Below are positions 8,588 to 18,526 of a stretch of 64,000 nt of DNA, in pieces. Where the stretch lies: the NCBI GenBank assembly GCA_035622275.1, contig DASPVQ010000020.1, positions 2,494 to 66,493 of the forward strand, written 5' to 3'. How positions within the stretch are numbered: the first letter of the stretch is position 1; the number at the start of each line of letters is the position of its first letter. The stretch comes from Thermoplasmata archaeon (GTDB lineage Archaea > Thermoplasmatota > Thermoplasmata > Lutacidiplasmatales > UBA184). The position numbers and the translations under genes were made by a program. The notes beneath the pieces are model-generated. The model did not search any database. It saw only the letters and a list, made by a program, of their open reading frames with translations, and was not told the DNA's origin.

Positions 8588-11500
8588 TTGACGAGCGGTG
8601 ACGAACGGTCGAAGAGCGACCCGGGGCCCGGCATCCGAACTTTCCTATTCGCGGACATCCGCGGCTACACCCGCTTCATCGTCGAGCAGGGCGATGCCGC
8701 CGGGGTTCGCATGGTCGACCGGTTCGGGGCGGCGGCCCGCGAGGCCGTCGGGCCGCACCGCGGCGAGATCATCGGGCTGGCCGGCGACGAAGCCGTGGCC
8801 GTCTTCGCCTCCGCCCGCGACGCGCTCCGGTCGGCGCTCGACTTCCAGCGCCGGGTCGCGGACGCGACGGCACGCGATCCGGACGTCCCGCTCCTCGTGG
8901 GAATCGGTCTCGACACCGGCGAGGCCGTGCCGGCCGGTGGAAACTACGTCGGCGCCGCGCTGAACCTCGCCGCCCGCCTGTGCAAGCTGGCCGGACCGAG
9001 CGAGGTGCTCGCCAGCGAAGCGGTCGTCCACGTCGCGTCGAAGATCGACGGGATCGGTTACGTCGAGCGAGGGCTGGCGCAGCTCAAGGGCTTCCGGGAC
9101 CCGGTTCGGGTCTTCAAGGTCCTGGACGAGGTCCGCCCCCTCGGCCCGGCCGCCGAGACGGGTCGCCTCGAGGCGGGCCATGTTCCGCCCGAGCCACCGC
9201 CGCCGATCGGGGGCTTCCTGGGGGCGCTGCCGGCCACGGAACTGGTGGCCCGGGAGCCGGAGCTGGGCCGGGCGCTCGTCGCGGCGGACTCCGCGATCGG
9301 CGGCGCCGGGCGCTTCGTGCTCCTCGCGGGCGAGCCCGGCGTCGGCAAGACCCGCCTTGCCCAGGAGATCATGCTCACGATCCGCAACCGGCGATTCCTG
9401 GTCGCCACCGGACGTTGCTACCAGACCCACCAACCCGTGCCGTTCTACCCGTTCCTTGACGCGCTCACGAGCGCCTATCGCCTCGCCCCGCCCTCCGTCC
9501 GTGCCCTCGTCCTGGAGCGCTGGCGCCACCTCAGCCGTCTCCTGCCCGAGCTCAAGGCCGAGGTCGCTCCTCCTCTGTCCAGCACCCCGGAGGAGCAGCA
9601 GTTGTTGTTCCGCGAGGTGACGGCATTCCTCGAGGCGGTCGCGGCGGAGACACCGGTCGCGATCCTGATCGACGACCTCCACTGGGCGGACTCCGCCACG
9701 CTCGAATTGCTCCAGCACATCGCGCGCCACACGCGCGCGAGCCGGATCCTGCTCGTCGCCACCTTCCGCGACGTCGAGGTGGGTCGCCATCACCCGCTCG
9801 ATGCCGCGCTGCGTGACCTCACGCGCGAGGACCTGGTCGAGCGCATCACGGTGCGGCGCCTCGAACCGACCGGCACGGCGCGCCTGGTCGCGCTGACCCT
9901 GGGCGAATCGGACGCCTCGCCGGAGCTCGTGGAACTCCTGCACCAGCATGCCGACGGGAACCCGTTCTTCACGCAGCAGCTGCTGCGATTCCTGGTGGAA
10001 CGCGGCGACCTGTACCGCCGGGACGGCGTGTGGGTGGAACGCCCGCTCCGCCGGCTCGAGGTCCCCGATAGCGTTCGCTCGGTCATCGGTCAGCGCATGG
10101 AGCGGCTCAGCGAACCCGCGCCGCAGATCCTTCGGGAGGCGGCGGTGCTCGGGCAGACGTTCTCCTTCTCGGCCCTGGTCGGGCTGAGCGGACGCCCGGA
10201 GGCGGAGGTCGAGCGCAGCCTGGAAGAGGCCCAGGCGACCGGCCTGCTCGAGGAACGGCGACCGGATTTGTATGCGTTCGACCACGCCCTGACGCAGCAG
10301 GCCCTGTACGGGGAGCTCTCGCCGCGTCGACGTCGCGCCCTCCATCTGGCCGCCGCGGAAGCGCTCGAGCGCCTGCCGGCGGCCGAGCGGGCCCCCCGCA
10401 GCGCGGAGCTCGCGGGGCACTTCCTCGAGGCCGCGCAGGAGGAGCGGGCCATCCCCTTCGCGCTCGCGGCCGGAGACCTCGCCCGCTCGGTCTTTGCGAG
10501 CGGGCCGGCGGAGCGCCAGTACACGATCGCCCTCGAGATCGCGGAGCGGACCCATCGAGCCGACGGGGAGGCCGACGCGCTCGGACGCCGCGCGCGGCTG
10601 TACCTCGACACGTTCCGCGGCCCCCCCGGGCTCGCCGACAGCACGCGCCTGCTCGAGCTCGCGCGCCAGCGCGGGGACCGGGCCCTCGAGCTGCGGGCGC
10701 TGTTGCTGGTGTCCGAGGCGTCGTACATCGTCGCGCTCGACGCCACGACCCCCGAGCTCCTAGCCGCCTGGAGGCTCAACAGCGAGCGCGCGCAGACGCT
10801 CGCGGACGAGCTCGGCAACGAGCCCGCCAAGGTCGAAGCGCTGCTGAAGTCGCGGTGGATGGCCGACTTCTTCCCCGAGTACCGCCCCAAGGTTCAGGAA
10901 AACCTGCGCACCGCGCTGGAGGTCAGCCGGCGCCTCGGCGATCCGGATCTGACGCTGGCGAGCGAGCTCGCGCTCTGGGGACAAGGCGATCGGCTCGAGG
11001 CCGAGGCCCGGGCGACGCGCTTGGTCCGACAGCTGCGCGACCGCCGGGACTTCGGACGGCTGAACCTGCTCTACTTCTCGATGATGTGGGCCTACCTGGA
11101 ATGGGCCGAGTTCGCCAAGGCGATCGAGGCGTGCGACGCGGGCATCCGCCTCGCGGAGGAGATCGGCGTTCCGCCCGTGCAGTACCCGACGCTCCGGGCC
11201 TTCGCGCTGATCGAGCTCGGTCGCTTCGCCGAAGCCCGCGAGTCCCTGCGCCAGGAGGTGGCGGACGCCGAACATCCCTTCGGACAGGCGATGCAGCTGC
11301 TCGGGCTCGGCATGTACTTCTTCGAGCTCCGGGACTTCGGGCGCGCCGAGCAAACGTTCCGGGATCAGCTCGAGCGTGCGAAGCGGCTGCGCCGGGCCTG
11401 GATGGCGCGCTGGTCACTGGAGTACATCGCCCGCGCGCGTCTTCGCGAGGGCCGTCTCGATCCGTCGGACTGGGAGGCGCTCGAGCAGGAGATGGCCCCG

Positions 11501-11923
11501 CTGGCCAACTTCGCGTCGGATGCGGTCCGCGCCGAGGTCGCGCTCGCCCGGGGCGACACCGAAACGGCGTTGGGGGTTGCCCGCCAGGTGGCATCGAGGG
11601 CCGAGGCGGAGGAGGAGATCCGGGACCTGATGTCCGCGCGCGAGGTTGAGATCCGCGCGCTGCTCGGCCTCGGGCGCGCGCACGACGCGGCGGCGCTCGC
11701 CGAGCGGCTCGCCCGAGACCTCTCCGCTCGACAGGCCCGGTCGCGGGCGTGGCGCGCCTTCGCGCTGCGCGCTACGGCGCTCGCTGCGGCGCACGATGCG
11801 CCCGCGGCCCAGGAGGCGCGTCTCGCCGCCGGCTCGATCGTTCGGGAGCTCGCCGAGTCGATCCCAGAGGCCGAATCGAGGCGAGCGTTCTTGACGAGCC
11901 CCGAGGTTCGAGACCTGCTCTAG
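8588..11923 (+). CDS. nucleotidyl cyclase (CHD) – STAND/AAA ATPase – TPR multidomain protein
   Basis: FLFADIRGYTRF cyclase; Walker A LLAGEPGVGKTRLAQE; long C-terminal helical/TPR region; TTG start with a TATA-like element at about -33. Confidence 0.8.
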   Translation: MTSGDERSKSDPGPGIRTFLFADIRGYTRFIVEQGDAAGVRMVDRFGAAAREAVGPHRGEIIGLAGDEAVAVFASARDALRSALDFQRRVADATARDPDVPLLVGIGLDTGEAVPAGGNYVGAALNLAARLCKLAGPSEVLASEAVVHVASKIDGIGYVERGLAQLKGFRDPVRVFKVLDEVRPLGPAAETGRLEAGHVPPEPPPPIGGFLGALPATELVAREPELGRALVAADSAIGGAGRFVLLAGEPGVGKTRLAQEIMLTIRNRRFLVATGRCYQTHQPVPFYPFLDALTSAYRLAPPSVRALVLERWRHLSRLLPELKAEVAPPLSSTPEEQQLLFREVTAFLEAVAAETPVAILIDDLHWADSATLELLQHIARHTRASRILLVATFRDVEVGRHHPLDAALRDLTREDLVERITVRRLEPTGTARLVALTLGESDASPELVELLHQHADGNPFFTQQLLRFLVERGDLYRRDGVWVERPLRRLEVPDSVRSVIGQRMERLSEPAPQILREAAVLGQTFSFSALVGLSGRPEAEVERSLEEAQATGLLEERRPDLYAFDHALTQQALYGELSPRRRRALHLAAAEALERLPAAERAPRSAELAGHFLEAAQEERAIPFALAAGDLARSVFASGPAERQYTIALEIAERTHRADGEADALGRRARLYLDTFRGPPGLADSTRLLELARQRGDRALELRALLLVSEASYIVALDATTPELLAAWRLNSERAQTLADELGNEPAKVEALLKSRWMADFFPEYRPKVQENLRTALEVSRRLGDPDLTLASELALWGQGDRLEAEARATRLVRQLRDRRDFGRLNLLYFSMMWAYLEWAEFAKAIEACDAGIRLAEEIGVPPVQYPTLRAFALIELGRFAEARESLRQEVADAEHPFGQAMQLLGLGMYFFELRDFGRAEQTFRDQLERAKRLRRAWMARWSLEYIARARLREGRLDPSDWEALEQEMAPLANFASDAVRAEVALARGDTETALGVARQVASRAEAEEEIRDLMSAREVEIRALLGLGRAHDAAALAERLARDLSARQARSRAWRAFALRATALAAAHDAPAAQEARLAAGSIVRELAESIPEAESRRAFLTSPEVRDLL

Positions 11924-12369
11924 CCGCTGCCTCATCGGCCGCGACGGTGGGCCGGCCGGCATTCGGCCCGACGTTCCGAGCCAAGGCGGGACCCTCCGGG
12001 TCGCGCTCGAGCCTCGGTCACGGCGCCCCGAGGGCCGGAGCGGACGAACCGTTCCGGGACCTCCGGCGCCGGGTTAAGGCCAAGGGCCTGGTACCGCACC
12101 CGGCAGGCGGACGGAGATGCGCTACGCCGAATTTCGCGACGCCGTCCGCTCCTACCTTCGACAGCGGCCGAGCGGTTCCTTGTGGAGGTCGATGCGTTCC
12201 GACCTAGGTCTTCCGTACCGCGCGCCCTGCCCGAGCTGGACCCGCCGTCTCGAGGCGGAGATCGGTCTCGTTCGGACCCCGGGCTCGGGAGGGAAGATCT
12301 GGCGGCTCGCCGGGCGCAACGGCGGGGCGCGGCGGCGATGAGCGGAGCCTGCCGCTCCGCCCGCGTCGC

Positions 12370-13668
12370 GTGGCCGTGCGGCGGGCCGCCATTCCGGCGG
12401 ATGTCCGACGAGGGAACGTGAGCCCAGCCCCGATCGCCGTGACCTCGCGCGAGGCCCGGCGGCTTGCCCTCTCGAAGCAGCACCTCGCCGGTCCCCTGCC
12501 CCGCCGGCCGGACAGGGGGGCCATCCGTGCGGTGGTGCGCGATCTTGCCTACATCCAGTGGGATCCGGTCAACGTCGTCGCCCCGGCGCACGAGATCACG
12601 CTGTGGAACCGCATCGGCGAATTCCGGGCCTCGGACCTCGAGCACCTGCTGTGGCGGGACAAGCACCTCTTCCAAGGGTGGGGCCACTCGGCCTCGATCC
12701 TGCCGATCGAGGACTATCCCATCCACCGCTCGATCATGCGGCGCTACCCCGAGTCGCTCTCCAAGTCCTGGGGCAACTGGAGGGCGGAAGCCCGCCGGTG
12801 GATCCCCCGGCACCGCGCTCTTCGCCGGGCGGTGCTGCGCGAGCTCGCCAAGGGCCCCCGGACGACCGCCCGGTTTCCAGACCATGCGGCCACGCGGCGC
12901 TCCGGTCGGGGCTGGAGTTCCGAGAGCGACGTTTCGATCATGCTGTTCCACCTGTGGCTGGGCGGCGAAGTGATGATCGTCGGCCACGAGGGCCGAGAGA
13001 ACCTGTGGGGCTTGACGCGGACTCAACTTCCGGCGTCTGCGGATCGCCGGGAGCTGACCCCGAAGGAAGCCGAGTACCGCGCCGTGCAGCGGGCGGTCCG
13101 CTCGCTGCCCTGGATGACCCGATCGGACATCAACTTCTACTTTCCCCGGGGCCGCTACGTCGACCTCCGCTCCACGATCCAGCGGCTGCTCGACGACGGC
13201 GTGCTGGTGCGCGGGATCGTCACGGATCTCGAGGGTCGGGAGCCGCGATACCTCCACGCCGAGGATCTCGCCGTCCTCGAGACGATCGCCGACGACGGGT
13301 TCATGCCGCGAACATCGTTGCTCTCGCCGTTCGACAACCTGACGACCTGCCGGACGTGGTGCCACCGGCTGTTCGGCTTCGACTACGTGCACGAGAACTT
13401 CCTTCCGCCCGAGAAGCGAAAGTTCGGGGCGTACGTACTGCCGATCCTGCACGGCGACCGCTTCATCGGTCGGCTCGACCCCAAGATGGACCGGGAGCAC
13501 CGGCGCCTGATCATCCGCTCCGTCCATGCCGAGCCGGGGGCGGCGGACGATCCCGACGCGGGCGGACCGGCGGCGGAGGCCATTCGACGGTTGGCGCACT
13601 TTCTCGGTGCCGCCGACACCGAGATCGGCTCCCGCGTGCCCGGCGCGTGGCGTCGCGCATTGCGTTGA
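12370..13668 (+). CDS. YcaQ/AlkZ-family winged-helix DNA glycosylase (crosslink repair)
   Basis: LAYIQWDPVNVVAPAHEITLWNRIGEF...HLLW and overall 432-aa YcaQ architecture; alternative GTG start at 12418. Confidence 0.75.
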   Translation: MAVRRAAIPADVRRGNVSPAPIAVTSREARRLALSKQHLAGPLPRRPDRGAIRAVVRDLAYIQWDPVNVVAPAHEITLWNRIGEFRASDLEHLLWRDKHLFQGWGHSASILPIEDYPIHRSIMRRYPESLSKSWGNWRAEARRWIPRHRALRRAVLRELAKGPRTTARFPDHAATRRSGRGWSSESDVSIMLFHLWLGGEVMIVGHEGRENLWGLTRTQLPASADRRELTPKEAEYRAVQRAVRSLPWMTRSDINFYFPRGRYVDLRSTIQRLLDDGVLVRGIVTDLEGREPRYLHAEDLAVLETIADDGFMPRTSLLSPFDNLTTCRTWCHRLFGFDYVHENFLPPEKRKFGAYVLPILHGDRFIGRLDPKMDREHRRLIIRSVHAEPGAADDPDAGGPAAEAIRRLAHFLGAADTEIGSRVPGAWRRALR

Positions 13669-13910
13669 CCCAACAACGTCGGCCGCCGGCAGCACCGTTC
13701 CTGCCGGCGCGCTGGCCCACGCGTAGTGCCGCCCGCATCGCGCGTTCCCGCGATGCCCCGCGGCTGAGCCTCGCTGCGCGCACGCGAGCGGAGCGGACGC
13801 CCACGGGCGGTGTGCATAATGCGCGCCGGGGGCCTCGCCCCGATGTGACGGGACGCTCGCGCGCACGTTCCGACTTTGGTCCGGCGAGAGCCTCGTCCTC
13901 CGACGCGAAG

Positions 13911-14864
13911 GTGATCCGCTGGCTTCTCGAGGACGATCAGCCGGCGGTGCAGTACCGAGCGCTCGTCGATCTGCAAGGTCGGCGGGAGGAGGATCCTCTC
14001 GTCCGCAGAGCCCGGCGGAGGATCCCCCGCGTTGGCTGGGCCCACGATCAGCTTCGCCAGCAGGGCCCCGACGGATTCTGGGAGGCCCGGGCGCCGCGGA
14101 ACCTGCGGCGATGGATCGACTTCCTCTACTATCCCAAGTACCTCTCCACGAACTGGAGGGCGCTGGTGCTCTCCGATTGGGGCCTGGATGCGCGCCACCC
14201 TCAGATTCGCCGTCTCGTGAACACCATCTTCGAGTACAAGCTCCGACTCGGTTCTCCGTACAACTTCTTCCACGAGGAGGCGTGCGTTTCGGCCAACACG
14301 GCGCGGATGCTGACCCGGTTCGGCTACGCCGACGACGGCCGCGTCCGCAAGCTCTACGACTGGCTGATCGAGGATCAGCGGGCCGACGGCGGATGGAACT
14401 GCTCCCAGGGCACGCCGGGCACGCTCGATGTATGGGAGCCGCTCGCGGCGTTCGCAGCGCTGCCCAAGGCAAAGCGTTCCCCGAGAGTGACGGCCGCCGT
14501 CTCGAGGGGCGCGGAGTTCTACCTCGCGCGGCGCCTGTTCCGAGAAGGCGCCCCGTACGCCCCCTGGTTCCGGCTCCACTATCCGAACCACTACTACTAC
14601 GACATCCTGGTCGGGCTCGACCTGCTCACGCGGCTCGGCTACGGCGGCGACCCGCGGCTACGGCCCGCGCTCCGGCGGCTCGAGGACAAGCGGCGGCCCG
14701 ACGGCACCTGGTGCATCGACCGGGCGCATCCGGACGTCTCGGGCCCCAAGGCGGCGCAGTACCGCAAGGGCGTGACGCCCCTCGTGATCGAGAGGCCCGG
14801 GGCGCCGAGCAAGTGGATCACCCTGAAGGCGATGTCGGTCCTGCGGCGGGTCGCGGAGGGGTAA
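13911..14864 (+). CDS. alpha/alpha-toroid QW-repeat protein (prenyltransferase/squalene-cyclase-like fold)
   Basis: QW-like motifs (QRADGGWNC, RRPDGTWCI); paralog of 34620..35612 (WLLE...YY.YD...LG.LTRLGYG conserved); GTG start by alignment with the paralog N-terminus. Confidence 0.6.
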   Translation: MIRWLLEDDQPAVQYRALVDLQGRREEDPLVRRARRRIPRVGWAHDQLRQQGPDGFWEARAPRNLRRWIDFLYYPKYLSTNWRALVLSDWGLDARHPQIRRLVNTIFEYKLRLGSPYNFFHEEACVSANTARMLTRFGYADDGRVRKLYDWLIEDQRADGGWNCSQGTPGTLDVWEPLAAFAALPKAKRSPRVTAAVSRGAEFYLARRLFREGAPYAPWFRLHYPNHYYYDILVGLDLLTRLGYGGDPRLRPALRRLEDKRRPDGTWCIDRAHPDVSGPKAAQYRKGVTPLVIERPGAPSKWITLKAMSVLRRVAEG

Positions 14865-14912
14865 TATCGCGGCCCGCCCGGTGCCGGCGGGACGATCGGA
14901 CCGGAGCGCACC

Positions 14913-15329
14913 ATGGACGGCAGGATATCTCAGGTGACCCTCGTCGTGACCGACGCCGCGCGGTCCCTTGCCTTCTACGTCGACCAGGTGGGCTTCGAGA
15001 AGAAGACCGACGTCGCGACGCCGGCCGGCTACCGCTGGGTGACGGTGGGGCCCCGCGGACAGGACCTCGAGCTCGCGCTCTGGCAGGAGGGCTCGGCCAC
15101 GGATCCTGAGCAGCGGGCCTGGTCGAAGAACTGGGGGCCGGCGAAGGCGCCGCCCATCGTGCTACGAGTCTCCGACTGCCGGAAGGTCTACGAGGAGCTC
15201 CGCGGGCGCGGGGTCGAGTTCGTGCAGGTCCCGAAGGAGTACCCGTGGGGGATCGCGGCGACGTTCCGCGATCCGGACGGCAATCTCTTCTCGCTTAGTC
15301 AGCCGCCGGCCGGCTGGCCGCCGGCGTGA
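14913..15329 (+). CDS. VOC/glyoxalase-bleomycin resistance family protein
   Basis: ISQVTLVVTDAARSLAFYVDQVGFEKK...FRDPDGNLFSL. Confidence 0.75.
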   Translation: MDGRISQVTLVVTDAARSLAFYVDQVGFEKKTDVATPAGYRWVTVGPRGQDLELALWQEGSATDPEQRAWSKNWGPAKAPPIVLRVSDCRKVYEELRGRGVEFVQVPKEYPWGIAATFRDPDGNLFSLSQPPAGWPPA

Positions 15330-15454
15330 AGGACTCGCGGCCCGAACCCGACTCGGCACTCGAGCCGTACGGAGCCGCTCCCGATGAGGACGGAACGCCC
15401 GCTCGGACCGGGCGGAGCGTCCGCCGCCTGAAGGACCGGCGGTCGGACGATACG

Positions 15455-15464
15455 CTGTTTATCT
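15455..15464 (+). promoter_or_regulatory. TATA-like element (ctgtttatct) about 30 nt upstream of GTG 15490
   Basis: AT-rich island in a GC-rich intergenic region with conserved spacing. Confidence 0.3.
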
Positions 15465-15489
15465 GCCCCCACGGATTGGTCCGGACTCC

Positions 15490-16089
15490 GTGGTGAGCAC
15501 GATCGACCTGATGCAGTTCGTCCACGAGCTTCGCGAGGATTTCTTCGAGTGCGCCGCGAAGCTCGGCTGGGAGGAGTTCTGCAAGGACCGAGGCGTCAGC
15601 ATGCTCTCGTTCCGGGACATCTTCCTGCACCTCGCCTACGTCGAGGAGCAGCACGTGACGGAGTTCTGCGAGAATCGGCCGACTCCCTGGATGCGGGAAG
15701 TCATGAAGATCCCCCGGGACCGCTTTCGGAGCATTCCGGAGGTACGACGGCGGCTCCAGCAGGTCCGGGCCATGGGCGACTCGCGGTTCAAGGACTGGAA
15801 CACCCCCGCCGAGCTGTCGAAGCCGGCCGTGTGGGTCGCCGCCCGGAAGTACCCGATCCGGCTCAGCCGGGATTCCGCGCTGGCGCAGTGCCTGACCGAG
15901 CATCTGCTGCACTTGGGCGAGGTGGAAGCGATGCTCTGGCAGCGGGACATCGAGCCTCCCACCACGTTCTGGATCGACCGGAAGGTGCTCCGCGGGAAGT
16001 GGCCGCCTCCGAGGAGCGCGCTGGTGGGCGGTCGAACTCTCACGGCCCAGACTCCCCGGCACGCCCGCACGCACTCGGGCCCTCGCTGA
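15490..16089 (+). CDS. DinB/YfiT-like (DinB_2) family protein
   Basis: Four-helix DinB-like pattern; paralog at 32265..32804. Confidence 0.6.
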   Translation: MVSTIDLMQFVHELREDFFECAAKLGWEEFCKDRGVSMLSFRDIFLHLAYVEEQHVTEFCENRPTPWMREVMKIPRDRFRSIPEVRRRLQQVRAMGDSRFKDWNTPAELSKPAVWVAARKYPIRLSRDSALAQCLTEHLLHLGEVEAMLWQRDIEPPTTFWIDRKVLRGKWPPPRSALVGGRTLTAQTPRHARTHSGPR

Positions 16090-16600
16090 CCGGGCGCCGG
16101 CGCGGTCTCCTCCGCGGCACGGCCATCGACCGCACGCGAATCGTCTCGGTCCCGGCGAGCCGAGGCGCCGGATTTCGGCGACCGGGGGCCTCTTCCACCG
16201 TCCACGGCGTCGAACTCCCGTTACGGCGGCCGAACGGCGCTCGGCGGCCACGTTCCAGCCCTGAACGCCGACGGATTCCATCCCGCCATCTTCGATCGGT
16301 TCGGGCCGCCAGAGCGTGCCGAGCCTGGCGGTCCCGAGCGCGCTCGCGGCGGAGACATTCCGGCGCCCGAGGCCCTCGCGATGGAGTTCGGAACACGATC
16401 CGGACCACGGCGGGACGCCCGTCGAAGAGCGCCCCGGGGCGCGTCGGCTACGACCGGGCGACGCGGCCTCGGATGGGCCCACGACCGCCGCGCGGCTCCG
16501 GTACGTCGCCGGGGAAGGCGCCGCGGTCCCGGCGTGCCGGCGATCTCATCGTGAGGACCGGCGAAACGAAGATGAGGTAGGAGCCCGTGGGAACCCTCCG

Positions 16601-17092
16601 ATGGCGGTACTCACCGAGCCCATGATGGCGCTGGTCCGCCGAGAACGGCTCGGCTACGTCGCGTCGATCTCCCCCGACGGCTACCCCATGGTTTCGCCGA
16701 AGGGCTCGCTGACGGTCTGGGACGATAGCCACCTGGTCTTCGCCGATATCGAGTCTCCGAACACCGTCCGGAATCTGTCGAAGAACCCGCGAACCGAGGT
16801 GAACGTCGTGGACCCGTTCGTCCGCAAAGGCTACCGGTTCTCGGGAACGGCGACGGTGCTGCACGCAGGGGATCTCTACTTCAAGGTCCTCGAGCGCTAC
16901 AAGGCCGAGGGCGCCGACGTCCGCCGGGTCCGCTCCGTGGTCGTGATCGAGGTCGCGCGGGCGAGCCCGCTGGTCTCGCCGGCCTATACCGAGGGATTCG
17001 GCGAGGACGAGATTCGCCGGCTGTGGGAAGAGTATCGTGCCAAGTCCGACAAGAAGACCGTCCTCGACCTGACGCCCCCGACAGACTTCTAG
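16601..17092 (+). CDS. pyridoxamine 5'-phosphate oxidase-like FMN-binding protein
   Basis: LGYVASISPDGYPMVSPKG...VWDDSHLVFAD...PRTEVNVVD; internal ATG of ORF 16316..17092. Confidence 0.7.
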   Translation: MAVLTEPMMALVRRERLGYVASISPDGYPMVSPKGSLTVWDDSHLVFADIESPNTVRNLSKNPRTEVNVVDPFVRKGYRFSGTATVLHAGDLYFKVLERYKAEGADVRRVRSVVVIEVARASPLVSPAYTEGFGEDEIRRLWEEYRAKSDKKTVLDLTPPTDF

Positions 17093-17103
17093 CCGAGGTC
17101 GAC

Positions 17104-17565
17104 GTGTCGAGCCTGCTCGGCACCGGAGCGCCGGTCTTCTCGGACGCGGTCCTTCTGTTCGAGGTCGCCGCGGGGGTCGCGCTGATCGTCGGGCTGTTCC
17201 TTGTCCGGGCCGGCCACGTGCGCTTGCACGCGTACCTCCAGAGCTCGGTGGTCCTCGTCAATCTGCCGGTCGTCCTGATCTGGATGGTACCGTCGTACCT
17301 CGACTACGTCCTCCCCGGGGTACCCTCGAAGCTCGGCCAGGCGTTCTATCTGCTCCCCACGATCATGCTCGCGATCGGCGCCGCCGCCGAAGCGCTGGGG
17401 ATCTACGTGCTGCTCGTCGCAGGCACCAATCTCGTCCCCGAGCGGTTCCGGTTCCGTCGGTACAAGCTGTGGATGAGGACCGTGATCGGACTCTGGTGGC
17501 TGGTCCTCGCGATGGGACTGCTCACTTACTACATCTGGTACGTGTCGCCCACCGGCTCGTTGTAG
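17104..17565 (+). CDS. DUF420-like membrane protein
   Basis: Four TM helices with the layout typical of DUF420 proteins; GTG start in frame. Confidence 0.5.
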   Translation: MSSLLGTGAPVFSDAVLLFEVAAGVALIVGLFLVRAGHVRLHAYLQSSVVLVNLPVVLIWMVPSYLDYVLPGVPSKLGQAFYLLPTIMLAIGAAAEALGIYVLLVAGTNLVPERFRFRRYKLWMRTVIGLWWLVLAMGLLTYYIWYVSPTGSL

Positions 17566-17803
17566 GACAGCGCCCGGCCGGCCGAGCGGGTTACCCTCCG
17601 AGGGACGATCCGGTCCGTGGCCTCGTTCACTCGCGCCCCGCGCGTGGTGGGGGGACCATCCCGGGGGTGCCGGTTTCGGCGATCCACCTTGCTGCGCGGA
17701 AGGCCACGAGGATCTCTCGCCGGGACATCGTGGTCCCGAGCGCCGGCGCCGATGGTGAAGCCGGGTTGCGCCCGCGGGAGGCGAGCTCGTAGGTCGCCGC
17801 GCG

Positions 17804-18148
17804 TTACCCCGCCGGTGCGCCGCACCCGGAGCACAACCTAGCCCCGGGGGGAATCGGATACTGGTACTTCGGACACGTGACGGCCGACGCCCGCGCCGAC
17901 GAGGGACTGCGTGAGCCGGTGGCTCGTTCGAACGGATTACCGACGCCGGCGGCCCCCATGTTGGCTTCCACGTAGGCCCGCTGGGCGGGGGTGAGCTGGG
18001 CCATGCGTGCGTTGTACTGACGTTGCGCCTCGGCGATGATGTCGGCCGGAGACCCCGCGGCCCCGGGCGGCATCGGACGTGCGAGCCCGCAGCGGCCGCA
18101 GGTGGTTGCGTTCGGCGCGAGCGGGTTCCCGCAGCGGGGACAGTTCAT
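17804..18148 (-). CDS. double zinc-ribbon small protein
   Basis: MNCPRCGNPL...CGRCG and a C-terminal CPKYQ...CSGCG; the upstream part of ORF 17804..18469 is R/P-rich junk. Confidence 0.5.
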   Translation of the reverse strand: MNCPRCGNPLAPNATTCGRCGLARPMPPGAAGSPADIIAEAQRQYNARMAQLTPAQRAYVEANMGAAGVGNPFERATGSRSPSSARASAVTCPKYQYPIPPGARLCSGCGAPAG

Positions 18149-18526
18149 CGGCCCTAGCCCTCCTGGTGGGGACCGGGATGGCCAACACCGCCTTAACCCC
18201 CGTGACCTGCGCGGCCGCGTGGTGGACCGCAGGGCGACCCACCACCATCGGTTCCAATAGACCGGGCCCGTGGTCGCACCCGCGGGCACCACTCGGCCCG
18301 GTCGAACCCCCGCACTGAAGCGGTGCGCGACGAGCGGGGGCGAGACATTCCCTCTCGTGAGGGCTGGCGAAGGCGTCTCCGACGGGCTCGGCGGAGTCAG
18401 CGCACCGCTGCCCTGCCCCACCGGTCGAGGAGGCAGCGGCCGCTGCCTCCGGTCGACCGCGCTGCCCACGCGCGTCGGGCGAGAATAGATTGAATAGTTG
18501 GCTCGCGGTCCCCGAGCGGCCTGCCG

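Noticed and set aside
8645-10555. 636-aa antisense ORF opposite the cyclase–STAND gene
   Set aside because: R/E/G-rich low-complexity sequence with no domain signatures. The plus-strand protein has clear Walker and cyclase motifs.
8588-11923. Interpreting the cyclase–STAND–TPR protein or the cyclase cluster as an anti-phage defence system (Avs/CBASS-like)
   Set aside because: CBASS uses CD-NTase nucleotidyltransferases, not class III CHD cyclases. No effector (nuclease, TIR, patatin, TM-pore) is adjacent. STAND-TPR with an N-terminal CHD is a known signalling architecture, so the defence interpretation is unsupported by the sequence.
12117-12341. 74-aa ORF MRYAEFRDAVRSYLRQRPSG... upstream of YcaQ
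   Set aside because: Composition is borderline protein-like, but it is R-rich toward the C-terminus, has no recognisable fold and has no TATA at the right spacing. I kept it out of the feature list and flag it here as a possible small protein.
12558-13910. N-terminal 450 codons of ORF 12558..14864
   Set aside because: R/P/G-rich and overlapping the YcaQ gene in another frame. Only the C-terminal 317 codons (from GTG 13911) align with the paralog 34620..35612.
11932-14472. 846-aa antisense ORF opposite the YcaQ and toroid genes
   Set aside because: Arg/Pro-rich junk; the sense-strand genes carry recognisable families.
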